This document shows positions 46,640-56,700 of a stretch of DNA of 64,000 bases, piece after piece. Under the pieces are notes generated by a model. The model had not been told where the DNA came from. It was given only the letters and a program-made list of their open reading frames with translations, and ran no database searches. The number at the start of each line of letters is the position of its first letter. Within the stretch, counting starts at the first letter, position 1. A program made the position numbers and the translations under genes. Source of the stretch: a candidate division WOR-1 bacterium RIFOXYB2_FULL_46_45 (GTDB lineage: Bacteria; Margulisbacteria; WOR-1; XYC2-FULL-46-14); NCBI GenBank assembly GCA_001771585.1, contig MEUE01000001.1:681984-745983 (forward strand), read 5' to 3'.

Positions 46640-48229
46640 CTATTTTGCGCGGATATAAACTTTTTCAAGATTAAGGAATAAGCCGGCCGGCCCCGGCTTG
46701 GACAATCCCCCCACCCGTTCGGCTACTCCCTCCATCACCTTCGGATACCAGAGGAAAAGATAGGGCTGGTCTTCGGAAATGAGGCGGTTCAAATTGGCAT
46801 AAATTGTTTTGCGCTCTTTTTTGTCCATCGTCTCCCGTCCTCGATTAAGCAAGCGGTCAACTTCCGGATTATTATAGCCGATAAAATTAAAACCTTTCGG
46901 ATATTGGGAAGAGTGCCAGATTGAATAGGAATCAGGATCAAGCCCCAATGACCACCCCATCAGAACCGCGTCAAATTTTTTGGGGTCAGAGGGCGCGTTC
47001 ACAATTTTTAACAGCGCCGACCATTCCATCACCTGAACTTTTACTTTTATCCCGATTTTTTTATACTGCTGTTGGAGGATCACCGCCGCCTTTTCTCGGT
47101 CTTTGTTCCCCTGGTTTAACAAAATCGTAAATTCAAGTTTTTTCCCTTTCTTCTCAAGAATCCCGTCTTTCCCCAAATTCCATCCGGACTTATTAAGCAT
47201 ATCGGTTGCTATTGCCGGATTGTAGGGAAACTTTTGAATATCATAATCGGAATAAGCCCAGGAGACCGGGGTGGAAGGAGCATATGCCGCTGAACCATGT
47301 CCGCGCAGGACCAGATTGACCAGTTGTTTTTTGTTGGTGGCATAGGCCAGCGCGCGGCGGACATTTTTATCCGCAAAAATCGGGTTTTTCAGGTTAAACC
47401 CCAGATAAGTATACAACAGGGCATCGTATTCAAAAACATTTAAGCCCTTCTTCTCTTTCATGCGGGTATAATCTTTGGCCGGGATCCCGGCATTATCAAC
47501 CTCTCCCGCTTCAAGGGCCACCAACGATGAGTTTTCGTTGGGAATAATTTTAAAAACAATCTCGGCAAGAAGCGGCTTGCCGCCAAAATATTTATCGTTT
47601 CGGATCAGCCGGACATAATTTCCGCTCTTCCACTTGGCGAACTTAAACGGTCCGGTCCCGACCGGCTTGCGGTTAAAGGCGGCGGTATTGATATCTTTCC
47701 CGTCCAATAAATGCTTCGGTAAAATACCCATTCCTATCCGGGAAAGAAAAGGAGCAAACGGTTTTGGAAGAACCGCCTGTATCGTGTATTTATCCGGGAT
47801 CCTAAATTTAATTTCTTTGCCATCTATTATATAATCGGAGCGGCGCACAGAATTAATCCTGGGATCCAAGATCGAATCGAAAGTGAATTTTACATCATCT
47901 GCCGTAAACTTTTTCCCGTCGTGCCAGAAAACATCGTCCCGCAAATAAAAAGTCCAGGTCTTGCCGTCTTTTGAGACCTTCCATGCTTTGGCCAGATCGG
48001 GAATAATTTCTAATTTCTCATTGATCCTGGTTAAGCCATTAAAAATCGGGCCTTCAACTGAACTGGACGAGGAATCGGTGGACAAAATCGGGTTTAGAAC
48101 TGATATTTCACCGCCAAGAGAGAAAGTTAATTTCCCGTTGGGATCGTAATCGGGGAATGGCAGGGATAAGCAGGGAAGAGAAGGGAAGAGAAGGGAAACC
48201 ATAAAGAAACAAATTAGGATTTTAAACAT
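46640..48229 (-). CDS. ABC transporter substrate-binding protein, family 5 (OppA/DppA-like)
   Basis: Signal peptide MFKILICFFMVSLLFPSLP. SBP_bac_5 layout (…YTYLGFNLKNPIFADKNVRRALAYA…). Start moved to MFKIL; the tabulated upstream residues run through GGGAA-repeat DNA. Confidence 0.85.
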   Translation of the reverse strand: MFKILICFFMVSLLFPSLPCLSLPFPDYDPNGKLTFSLGGEISVLNPILSTDSSSSSVEGPIFNGLTRINEKLEIIPDLAKAWKVSKDGKTWTFYLRDDVFWHDGKKFTADDVKFTFDSILDPRINSVRRSDYIIDGKEIKFRIPDKYTIQAVLPKPFAPFLSRIGMGILPKHLLDGKDINTAAFNRKPVGTGPFKFAKWKSGNYVRLIRNDKYFGGKPLLAEIVFKIIPNENSSLVALEAGEVDNAGIPAKDYTRMKEKKGLNVFEYDALLYTYLGFNLKNPIFADKNVRRALAYATNKKQLVNLVLRGHGSAAYAPSTPVSWAYSDYDIQKFPYNPAIATDMLNKSGWNLGKDGILEKKGKKLEFTILLNQGNKDREKAAVILQQQYKKIGIKVKVQVMEWSALLKIVNAPSDPKKFDAVLMGWSLGLDPDSYSIWHSSQYPKGFNFIGYNNPEVDRLLNRGRETMDKKERKTIYANLNRLISEDQPYLFLWYPKVMEGVAERVGGLSKPGPAGLFLNLEKVYIRAK

Positions 48230-48440
48230 TAAAAGAATTCTAACAGGGATGAGGAGGGAATGGAAGGGAAGAGAAGGAATTAGCAAGGATGGAGAGGGAA
48301 TAGGAGGAAACAGAAAGGAAAAACAGGGAACGAAAAAAGAAGAGAGTCCCTGCCCTCCCTGCTCTTCCCTATTATCCCTGTTTTCCCTGCTACTCCCTAT
48401 ATTCCCTACCCTTCCCTTCTATTCCCTTATTTCCCTGTAA
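48151..48440. repeat. array of short CAGGGAA / TTCCCTG-type motifs forming a large imperfect inverted repeat (purine-rich arm 48151-48350, pyrimidine-rich arm 48352-48440)
   Basis: ggcagggataagcagggaagagaagggaagagaagggaaacc … gggaatggaagggaagagaagg … then ccctgccctccctgctcttccctattatccctgttttccctgctactccctatattccctacccttcccttctattcccttatttccctg. Confidence 0.7.
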
Positions 48441-48831
48441 CATAACTTACCCATGTCCCACATTCAGCCATCTTATGCAGGGATTGGAGCTGCTTTTTTA
48501 ATAAAAAAATCGTTTTTCCTGTTAAAGAATCCAGTTCTCTAAATTCATCCTCGGATATTAATCCGTCATCAAAAGAATCTCGAATGTCCCCGCTTAACTC
48601 GGATGCTGAATCATGCGATATGCCCAAATAAACCATATATTTTTTTATTGAACTGTTGCCATATCCTTCCTGAATATTTTGTTTAACAGACCTCGCCGCA
48701 TCCCGCATTTGAGAAACTCTACGCATCTCAATTTTAGAAAATTTCCGGGTAATCTCATATACCAACCTGCGTAATTTGTAGGCATTCTGCCAAACCACTA
48801 ATCTTTCATACCCTTTTCGATCCTCAAACAT
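48427..48831 (-). CDS. four-helix-bundle protein (23S rRNA intervening-sequence protein family, TIGR02436-like)
   Basis: MFEDRKGYERLVVWQNAYKLRRLVYEITRKFSKIEMRRVSQMRDAARSVKQNIQEGYG… shares the Y-x-L-x-V-W-Q-x-A…R-F-P-K-x-E…Q-x-R-R-A-A-x-S-I-x-x-N-I-A-E-G pattern of this family. Start moved to MFEDRK; the upstream 18 codons are repeat DNA. Confidence 0.7.
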   Translation of the reverse strand: MFEDRKGYERLVVWQNAYKLRRLVYEITRKFSKIEMRRVSQMRDAARSVKQNIQEGYGNSSIKKYMVYLGISHDSASELSGDIRDSFDDGLISEDEFRELDSLTGKTIFLLKKQLQSLHKMAECGTWVSYVTGK

Positions 48832-48837
48832 TATAAT

Positions 48838-48885
48838 TCCCTGTTTTCCCTGCTGCTCCCTATATTCCCTGCTCTTCCCTTTCAC
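48838..48885. repeat. second copy of the TTCCCTG-motif block (42-bp near-direct repeat of 48385-48425)
   Basis: ccctgttttccctgctgctccctatattccctgctcttccc versus ccctgttttccctgctactccctatattccctacccttccc. Confidence 0.7.
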
Positions 48886-49301
48886 AGATTCGTCAGATCC
48901 AGAATTTTTGTTTTTCCATCTCTCTTGTATCCGGTTAAAGTATACACTCCCGTTACGTCGTTAAAATCATAAACGATCTTACCCGCCGCGTCGGAATCGG
49001 AATACTCCTTCCCCGTAAAAGGATTCTTGGGAATTGTAACCATATATCCTCCGGGTGAAAGGTAGCTGGTGACCAGCGACGCCACTCCGCAGTTTTTTAC
49101 AACCGGGAAAGTGTTGTTTTCCATGTTATACCCTTCAATCGCGACTTGCAGAGAGTGCATCACCGCTTTCACCGAGGCCTCTTTTGCCCGGTCCTGCGAT
49201 CCCAACAGGTGCGGGACCAGAAAATAGGCCAGCAGACCGATTATCGCGATCACAACCAACATTTCTATCAACGTAAAACCCTTCTTGTTCATTTGTCTCA
49301 C
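48882..49301 (-). CDS. type IV pilin / T2SS pseudopilin-like protein (prepilin N-terminal methylation domain)
   Basis: KKGFTLIEMLVVIAIIGLLAYFLVP is a class III signal peptide (G|FTLIE). Confidence 0.8.
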   Translation of the reverse strand: MRQMNKKGFTLIEMLVVIAIIGLLAYFLVPHLLGSQDRAKEASVKAVMHSLQVAIEGYNMENNTFPVVKNCGVASLVTSYLSPGGYMVTIPKNPFTGKEYSDSDAAGKIVYDFNDVTGVYTLTGYKRDGKTKILDLTNL

Positions 49302-49309
49302 CCCCTTTT

Positions 49310-50254
49310 TTATTTAATTGATTCCATCATTTGGAAGAGCGGTAAAATCATTGCGAACGCGATCACCCCGACTACCCCGCCGACCACAAGCGTCGACGCC
49401 GGTTCAACCAGTGTAACCCATTTCCGCGCCAAATTCTCCGTCTCCTCTTCGTAAAAAAGAGCCGATTGGACCAAAACTTCACAGAGCGATCCGCTCTCCT
49501 CCCCCACCCGTATTATCTCAAAAAACTCGGCCGGAAAAAGCGATCGATTATCCAGGCAGTCGGAAAATTTGCTCCCCTGCTCCAAAGAACGGGCGATTGA
49601 ATTAAGCGCCGCGGAATAAACGGGGCTTCCCAGGTTTTCCGCAACCATCCGCAGGGCGGAGAGGATCGGGACATTGCTTTTGAGCTGATAGCCGAGCCCG
49701 CGGCAAAGGCGCGCCAGAATTATATTCCGATAAAAGGGGAACTTTAGTTTGAAGGCTTCACTTTTAAACAGTTTCCAGGCCGTAAGGCCAATTGCAAAAA
49801 GAAAAAAAATAGGTAAAAACCACCAGTTTGAAACCTTAAGTAAAAGCCGGGTCAAAAGCGGAAGCTCATAATCAAATTCGGAAAAGATTCCCGCAAAAGT
49901 CGGCAGGATAAAGACCAATAAAAATATAATTGAAACCAAACTGACCGAGAGGACGATCGTCGGATACATCAGCGCTTTTTTTATCTTGTCGCGGGATACA
50001 ATCTCCGCTTCCAGGCGGCGGGCAACCCGGCCCAGGGCGTCTTCCAGATTACCGCTTTGTTCCCCCGCCCCAATCAGCGCCAAATCTTCCGCCGGAAAAC
50101 CGGCGGCTCGCAGGGAGTCGCTCAAAGTGATCCCATTTTCCAAAGATGCAACAATATCTTTTTTGTTAAGGATTGAAAGAGCCTTTGAAATCGGCAGGCC
50201 GGCGGAAAGCAGGCCCAGCAGTTGCTTATAAAAACTTAAAAAGCGTCCGCGCAT
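49310..50254 (-). CDS. type II secretion / type IV pilus platform protein, GspF/PilC family (short form)
   Basis: T2SSF-domain layout with 3 TM segments and …VGEESGSL… motif. 314 aa, which is shorter than canonical two-domain PilC. Confidence 0.7.
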   Translation of the reverse strand: MRGRFLSFYKQLLGLLSAGLPISKALSILNKKDIVASLENGITLSDSLRAAGFPAEDLALIGAGEQSGNLEDALGRVARRLEAEIVSRDKIKKALMYPTIVLSVSLVSIIFLLVFILPTFAGIFSEFDYELPLLTRLLLKVSNWWFLPIFFLFAIGLTAWKLFKSEAFKLKFPFYRNIILARLCRGLGYQLKSNVPILSALRMVAENLGSPVYSAALNSIARSLEQGSKFSDCLDNRSLFPAEFFEIIRVGEESGSLCEVLVQSALFYEEETENLARKWVTLVEPASTLVVGGVVGVIAFAMILPLFQMMESIK

Positions 50255-50984
50255 TTTGCGTCGTCTCCTCCGCGACTTTTTCCATAGAAATCCCTTTGAG
50301 CTCCGCGATTTTTTGGGCGATCAGGGGGAGATAAGCCGGTTCATTCCGTTTGCCGCGATGGGGTTCGGGAGCCAGATAGGGACAGTCGGTTTCAAGAAGG
50401 AGCATCGAAAGCGGAGTTTTGACAACATTTTCTCTCACGTTAATCGCTTTCTTGAAAGTTACCATCCCGGCAAAAGAGATATAAAAACCGGTCTCTTTGG
50501 CAAATTCAATTAATTGTTCGTCCCCCGCGAAACAGTGAAAAACCCCGCGCAGTTTCCCTTTATTTTCTTCTTTCATAATCCTAATCGTATCTTCCTGCGC
50601 TTCGCGGGCATGAATGATGATTGGAAGCTCCAATTCTTGGGCAAGAGATAAAAAATTGCGGAAGGCCATTTGCTGGACCTCTTTGGTCTGCGGATTGTAA
50701 TGGTAGTCAAGACCGGTCTCACCGATTGCGACTACCTCTTTGTTTGAAGCAAGCTCTTTGATCTTTTCCAAAACAAGATTTCCGGCGTCATGGGGGTGGA
50801 TCCCGACCGCGGCATAAATATAGCCGGGAAATTGTTTGGCCAGTTTTACCGATTGTTCGGAAGATTGCAAATCAAAAGAGGCATTGACGATCTTTTCTAT
50901 CCCGGCCGCTTGGGCGCGGGCAACAACTTCCGACAAATCCTGATATTCGGGCATCGTCAGATGCGCGTGGGTTTCTATATACAT
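50226..50984 (-). CDS. tatD: TatD-family metal-dependent deoxyribonuclease
   Basis: MYIETHAHLTMPEY…IGETGLDYHY…HCFAGD…ETDCPYLAP. Confidence 0.85.
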   Translation of the reverse strand: MYIETHAHLTMPEYQDLSEVVARAQAAGIEKIVNASFDLQSSEQSVKLAKQFPGYIYAAVGIHPHDAGNLVLEKIKELASNKEVVAIGETGLDYHYNPQTKEVQQMAFRNFLSLAQELELPIIIHAREAQEDTIRIMKEENKGKLRGVFHCFAGDEQLIEFAKETGFYISFAGMVTFKKAINVRENVVKTPLSMLLLETDCPYLAPEPHRGKRNEPAYLPLIAQKIAELKGISMEKVAEETTQNARTLFKFL

Positions 50985-50993
50985 CTATTATCC

Positions 50994-52472
50994 TTATTTT
51001 TCTAAGCGAGGGAATAAGGGATTTCCCTTCTTGACAATAGTCCCAGCAATTTTGCCGCCTGAAATGTTGAGCTGCTCAAGCATCTTGGCCGAGGTCTCCG
51101 GCATGAAGGGGGAAATTTGTTCCGCGATGGTTAAAAGGGCCGAAGCGAGGTTGAAAAGGACCTCTTTCAGCCGCTCTTCGTTCTCTTTCGCCAGTTTCCA
51201 GGGAGCTTCTTCTTCAATATAGCGGTTGGCGGTGCTGATCAGCTCCCAAATTGCCGTAAGCGCGTCCGAAAACTGCAATTTCGCCATCGCTTCTTCCACC
51301 CTTTTGGGAGTTTCTTCATTTAATATTTGAATTGTTGGGGCAGGACAATGTCCTGCCCTTACGGATTTCGGATTTTGGATCTTGGATTCACAGTATTTCT
51401 CTATCATATTCAACGTTCTATGCAGCAAATTCCCCAAATCATTCGCCAAATCGGAATTATATCTGGCCTTGAAGGCCTCCATCGAAAAATCGCCGTCGGC
51501 ACCGAAAGGAACTTCGCGCATCAGAAAATAGCGGACCGCGTCTGTCCCAAATTGATCGGCCAAAGCCAGCGGATCGACAACGTTCCCGACCGACTTCGAC
51601 ATTTTTTTGCCTTCCACCGTCCACCACCCGTGCCCAAAAACGGTTTTGGGGAGCGGAAGATCGGCCGCCATCAGCATGCACGGCCAGGTAACCGCGTGGA
51701 AGCGGACAATCTCTTTTCCCATCAAGTGGACATCGGCCGGCCAAAAGCCGTCCGGCGCGGCGGAGACATAGTTTATCAGAGCGTCAAACCAGACATAAAC
51801 GACATGCTTTGGATCTTCTTTCAGATTGATCCCCCAGGAAAAGGCGGTGCGGGTAACGGAAAGATCGCGCAGTCCCTGTTTTATAAAATTTATGATCTCG
51901 TTCCTGCGGGAAACGGGGAGGATAAAATCCGGATTTTCTTCTATGTGCCTTAAAAGCCGGTCCTGGTATTTGGAGAGCTTAAAAAAGTAGGTCTCTTCTT
52001 TTAAGGTTTTGGTCTCTTTTCCGCAGACCGGACAGAGCTTCCGTCCCTCCAGGTCTTCCTTAAGAGAACTCTCGGTGACAAAATTTTCGCAGGTTACGCA
52101 ATAGAGCCCTTCGTACTCCCCCTTGTAAATGTCCCCTTGCGCGATAAGTTTTGAAAAAATATCCCGGACAACTTTTTTGTGGCGCGGCTCGGTTGTGCGG
52201 ATAAAATCGTCGTTTGAGATGTTCAGTTTTTCCCAGGCGGCCTTGAAGCGCAAAACCAGTTCGTCGACAAATTCCTGCGGTTTCTTATCGCGCGCCAGGG
52301 CGGCATCGTATACTTTTTGTCCGTGCTCGTCGGTCCCGGTTAAGAAAAAGACCTCAAAGCCCTGCCGGCGCTTATAGCGCGCCAGGACATCAGCGGCAAC
52401 GGTGGTGTAGGCGTGGCCGATGTGGGGGATATCGTTGACGTAATAAATCGGGGTAGTGACATAAAATTTCAT
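50994..52472 (-). CDS. metG: methionyl-tRNA synthetase (short form without C-terminal tRNA-binding domain)
   Basis: MKFYVTTPIYYVNDIPHIGHAY (HIGH), KMSKS (KMSKSVGN), zinc knuckle CVTCENF…CPVCG. Confidence 0.9.
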   Translation of the reverse strand: MKFYVTTPIYYVNDIPHIGHAYTTVAADVLARYKRRQGFEVFFLTGTDEHGQKVYDAALARDKKPQEFVDELVLRFKAAWEKLNISNDDFIRTTEPRHKKVVRDIFSKLIAQGDIYKGEYEGLYCVTCENFVTESSLKEDLEGRKLCPVCGKETKTLKEETYFFKLSKYQDRLLRHIEENPDFILPVSRRNEIINFIKQGLRDLSVTRTAFSWGINLKEDPKHVVYVWFDALINYVSAAPDGFWPADVHLMGKEIVRFHAVTWPCMLMAADLPLPKTVFGHGWWTVEGKKMSKSVGNVVDPLALADQFGTDAVRYFLMREVPFGADGDFSMEAFKARYNSDLANDLGNLLHRTLNMIEKYCESKIQNPKSVRAGHCPAPTIQILNEETPKRVEEAMAKLQFSDALTAIWELISTANRYIEEEAPWKLAKENEERLKEVLFNLASALLTIAEQISPFMPETSAKMLEQLNISGGKIAGTIVKKGNPLFPRLEK

Positions 52473-53701
52473 TTTTTGTGCTTCCTTAGGAAATCCTCCA
52501 GTTCGGTCTCGTTGGCAAAGTCGGGAAAATCAACCATTTCCCCCTCTTCCCCTCTTTTCTGTTCCGGAAAAAAGGTATAAAAATCGTCCATGCTGATCCG
52601 GCGCTTCTCGGCCTTTCTTTTGGCAAAAAGCTGTTTGAAGAGCCCGGCGCGGTAGTCAAAAGAAAGATATATCTCTTTGTATTTTTCGATTAACCGCTGC
52701 AATATTTGATGGGAAGAGCGTTTCTCCATAACCCTTTTAATTGAAAGAAGAAGGTCTTCTCCGATAAAAGGATAAACGATGTAATCGTACGCCCCTTGCT
52801 TGATCGCCGAAACGGCGGAAGAAAAATCGTCAAAACCGGTGACAAAAATGACATCGGAAAAAGGATGTTCCTGTTTTATTTTTGTCAAGACGTCAAGCCC
52901 CGAAACATCGGGCAATCTGACATCAAGTATGACCAGTTCAAAACTTTGTTCCCGCAGCCGCTCAAAGACCTCTTTGCCGGAAGAGGCGTCTTCCAGTTTA
53001 TAAGCCGGCGCCAAAATATTTTTCAGCGCGTCGCGGATATCAACCGATCCGACCGCGATTAAGATGCTTGCCCCGTTTATCGGTTCAATCCCGGTCTTAA
53101 CATCCTTCTCCAATTTCTCCTTCAGTTTTTTGTAGCTGTAATCTTCTTCGGTTAAGACCGGAAAGTGAAAGAGGGTCTTTTCGTCCGCGTTGATGTCGCG
53201 CCCCTCCACCTTCCCCTTCATCTGCAGCTCTTGAAAAAGGAGCTGGCGGTGTTCAAAGACCAGCCGTTCGCGCTCCAGCCGGTCGGTCAAGTCGCTCAAT
53301 TTGCGGTTGTAATCCTTTTTCTCAAGAGCGCGCTTGATGGTGGCAACCAGGTCCCCGGCAAAAAAGGGCTTGGTGATGTAGTCGTAGGCCCCTTCCTGCA
53401 TGGCGGCGACGGCGGTTTTGACATCGGACAAGGCGGTCAGCATGATGATGTCCGGTTCCAAGTTTATTTCGCGCATTTTGGTTAGGATCTCTATCCCGTT
53501 CATGTCGGGAAGCCGGATATCGAGCAAAACGGCGCTCAAGCTGAACTGTTCGCTGTAATAGGTCCGAAGCGCCTTTTCTCCGTTCTCGGCGGTTAGGACC
53601 GTAAATTCGTCGGAAAGGAGTTCGGCCAGGTTTTGCCGCATATCGGGCTCGTCTTCAACGACCAACACCAGCGGTTTTTTGTTTTCTTTGAAGGGGGGCA
53701 T
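52469..53701 (-). CDS. response regulator with two tandem receiver (REC) domains and no recognisable output domain
   Basis: REC1 LVLVVEDEPDMRQ…LLDIRLPDMNG…TALSD…AYDYITKPF. REC2 ILIAVGSVDIRDAL…ILDVRLPDVSG…TGFDD…AYDYIVYPF. Stop overlaps the metG start. Confidence 0.75.
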   Translation of the reverse strand: MPPFKENKKPLVLVVEDEPDMRQNLAELLSDEFTVLTAENGEKALRTYYSEQFSLSAVLLDIRLPDMNGIEILTKMREINLEPDIIMLTALSDVKTAVAAMQEGAYDYITKPFFAGDLVATIKRALEKKDYNRKLSDLTDRLERERLVFEHRQLLFQELQMKGKVEGRDINADEKTLFHFPVLTEEDYSYKKLKEKLEKDVKTGIEPINGASILIAVGSVDIRDALKNILAPAYKLEDASSGKEVFERLREQSFELVILDVRLPDVSGLDVLTKIKQEHPFSDVIFVTGFDDFSSAVSAIKQGAYDYIVYPFIGEDLLLSIKRVMEKRSSHQILQRLIEKYKEIYLSFDYRAGLFKQLFAKRKAEKRRISMDDFYTFFPEQKRGEEGEMVDFPDFANETELEDFLRKHKK

Positions 53702-53751
53702 ATATATAGATTATAGAGCAATCAAAAAGCGGTAGCAAGGGTCATAGTTTG

Positions 53752-56700
53752 CTATCCGGGGTGTTTTTCCAACAGTGCTCTCAACCGGCCCAAGAAATCC
53801 GCGGTATCCATTATGGTGGTTTTTGCCAGATGGTTGGTGTTTAATCTTTTTGACAATCCGTTATCTTGCGAACTAAACCATGTCCTTAACGCCGCCAATT
53901 CGGCAAGGTCGTTACTATTGTCATCTCTAATCCTTTGTTGCAATATTCCCATGTCCCGAACAATTCCTTTAACAAGGGATCCGGTTGAGCCGTTTCCGTC
54001 CGATCCCAAGCGCATTGCACTACGCACCGTATCCCATGTAAAATTTTTTCCGAAATTTAAATTGTGCCCGCTCAAATATCTTTGGTGGGCATAAAGCCAA
54101 TTTTCCTTTTTTTCTTCCCAACCCCTATTGGCCCGAAGAAATGCCTTTTTCTCCCGCATCGGCTTGCCAAGAGAAATACGCTTCATCTCTTCGCCGACGC
54201 CGGTACGAATAAATACTTTTACTTTTTTTCTGTGCCTTCCAAAAATTCTCCGCAATCTCCTTAACGTCTTATGGCTGATATGTTCGCCTTGAAAATTTAA
54301 GGTTACTCCGCCAATCTCGCCGCGCTCCATTCTTTTTGCCAAGTTCCCGCAATAAGCAGTCAAGTTAATTAAAAAAGCCCTTGGATCTCCCAAATCACTT
54401 GTAGAAAAAACTCTTGATACTTCCGGAAGTTCCGTTTTTTTTGCTTCCGGGACATCTTCTTTTTGAGTAACGCTTTGTTTGCTTCCATCATATATCAGCT
54501 TCCTCCCGCTCACTTTTTCTCTGGCCTCGTTTCTTTCCGGAATAGGATTGGCGCGCTGGTATATCTTGACCCGATCGTGGAAATCTGGCGGGATCAATTT
54601 TAACAAAGCATCGATTGCCGACGGATCTATTGTGGGAGCATTGATATTTAACTCCAAACGGTTAATTGTCCCCCTTTTCAAGGCCTCGCCGTATTTGGCA
54701 ATTTGAGAAGCCAATTTATAAACCCGATCTTTTTCCTCCCCCAATCGGTTCTTTGGAAAGGTTGCTGGATAGAGTATTTCCAAAAGTCTCCTTTTATCAA
54801 AAGAAGAAAGCTTTTCTTTTCTTTTCATTCTATCAATAAACTCCGTTTCTTCTTTTGCTAAAGCAAGTAACCCTTGTTTGTTTTTTCTTTCTATTATAGA
54901 AACGAGCTCTGTTTTATTGATATTATCTTTAAAAGCATTTAATTCTTCGATTGTTTGTGCTGTTAGGTTAGGAAAATCTGTTTTTATAGCATTGCACAGG
55001 GCAGAAAGAGTGTACCAGCTTTCATCAAATTCCTCCGAAAGCAAATCGGTTGAACCAACCACTTCTCCTCGAATCCAACCGAGGCTCATACGGCTTTTTT
55101 CTTCAATTAATGTTTTGCTCCCCGCTCTCCATCCGTCCCCCTGAATTATTTCGGTTTTCCTTTTTGTGTCCCCAGGACGCACTACGATATTGCCCCCTCT
55201 TTTAACCTCAACGACCGGAAGGGAAAATTCAATCTCTCCAACCTGTCTGTTGACTTCAGTAATTGGATCTTCCGTCTTGTTCTGCTCGTCTTCAACAACC
55301 GCCGCCAAACCGATTGTTTCGTAAATTTCCCCAAAAAATTCTATTTGGGCTTGTCTTTTTGATCCGTTTGTTGCCCTCTGTAATTGCTCCGCCAATCTCC
55401 CAATCTCTTCAAAAATTCCGACAACTTCTGCTGACGGAATATGCCCTTGCAACAACGCCGAAGCGGCATATCTCAAACCCTCTGTTTGAGGGCCGGATAA
55501 AACAGAAGAAATTTTCGTATTAATCAGGTTTTTTATTTTTTCGACATCCGCAGGCGGAATTCTACCGGCTTCAACCGGAGTTTTTCTCCTTCTAATCGGC
55601 GCTTCAGGTGCGGGAGGAGGAAGAACTTCCGCCACAGCCGGCCTCTCCGGAAAAGCCCTGGCAAGAAAATCTTCCGATGATCCCGCCTGCCTCCTCCCTA
55701 TCTCATAATTTACTACCGAATAATCTGCCGCGGTTTTTATAATATTTTCTGCCGCTACTATTAACGACTCTTCATTCCTTCTTGCCCCGCCCAATTTAGA
55801 CAATAATTTCCTTAATTTTCTTTTCCCGCCTTTTATGACCAAAAGCATAACAATGGCATCCCTCAATTCTTCTTCTTTCTTTAATGCGTTCCCAAATAAA
55901 TATTCAGAAATTATTCTGTCAGCTGTTTCTTCCGCTTCAAATCGGTCTTCTTCCTGCGGCAGGATATCCTCCTCTGTAGGCACCTCCTGCAATGGTCCCG
56001 TTAAGGGCCCTACGGGGGTCATCGTAACCGGAATCGGTTTAATCGGAAGATCAACAGGAACGGGCTCGCCATTTCTATCAACGATATCGGTCGTTAGCTT
56101 TGAAATTCCCCCTGTTACGGATATTTCTGCCGGTTTATAAACCGGTTCCGGAACAACGGCAGAAGTATCTGCTTCGATAACTGCCGGGACAGAAACCGGA
56201 ACAGAAGCAGGAGCGGGCGCAACCGGAGCAGGCTCAGAAAACGCCTTAAAAACCGGAAGTTGAACTTCAAGGACTGCCATTGATTTGGCAATTAGATTTT
56301 TTTTGCTCAAAATTTGGGGCAACTGATCAATTATTGTCCTCTGAATAATTGCCGGAATTTCCTCAATAAAACTATCCGCCGATTGTATCGCATCAATAAT
56401 TTCGGTAACTTTTTCATGTAAAAGCAAATAATAATACGGAGAAAGGCTTTTGCCAAGATACGCCCGCAGATCCGTAATCACTTCTCTTCGTGATGGTTCC
56501 TGGCTTTCCGCAACCGCTATTTGTTCCGCTCCCGATATAAGCGTTTCCAGGGTCAGCTCAACTCCAAAACCGCGATAAAGAACCTTTTTCTGCTCCGGAA
56601 GACCATTTGTCGCAAAATCCCTGATAGCCGTCCTTAATTCGTCAAAACTTTCTGCCATCGCGGTATAAGCGCTTATTTTTTCCCGCGGAGTCGCTGTCTC

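Noticed and set aside
48151-48440. GGGAA/TTCCC repeat arrays considered as a CRISPR array
   Set aside because: There is no regularly spaced identical repeat of 24-40 bp with unique spacers. The motifs are 6-7 bp and degenerate, and they form purine and pyrimidine arms. No cas genes are nearby.
51340-51360. Perfect 10-bp-arm palindrome gggcaggaca-a-tgtcctgccc inside metG, considered as a possible in-frame miniature insertion
   Set aside because: The encoded segment (…KSVRAGHCPAPTIQ…) falls in a variable linker of MetRS. The protein alignment to E. coli MetRS shows no length excess. No flanking direct repeats are visible.
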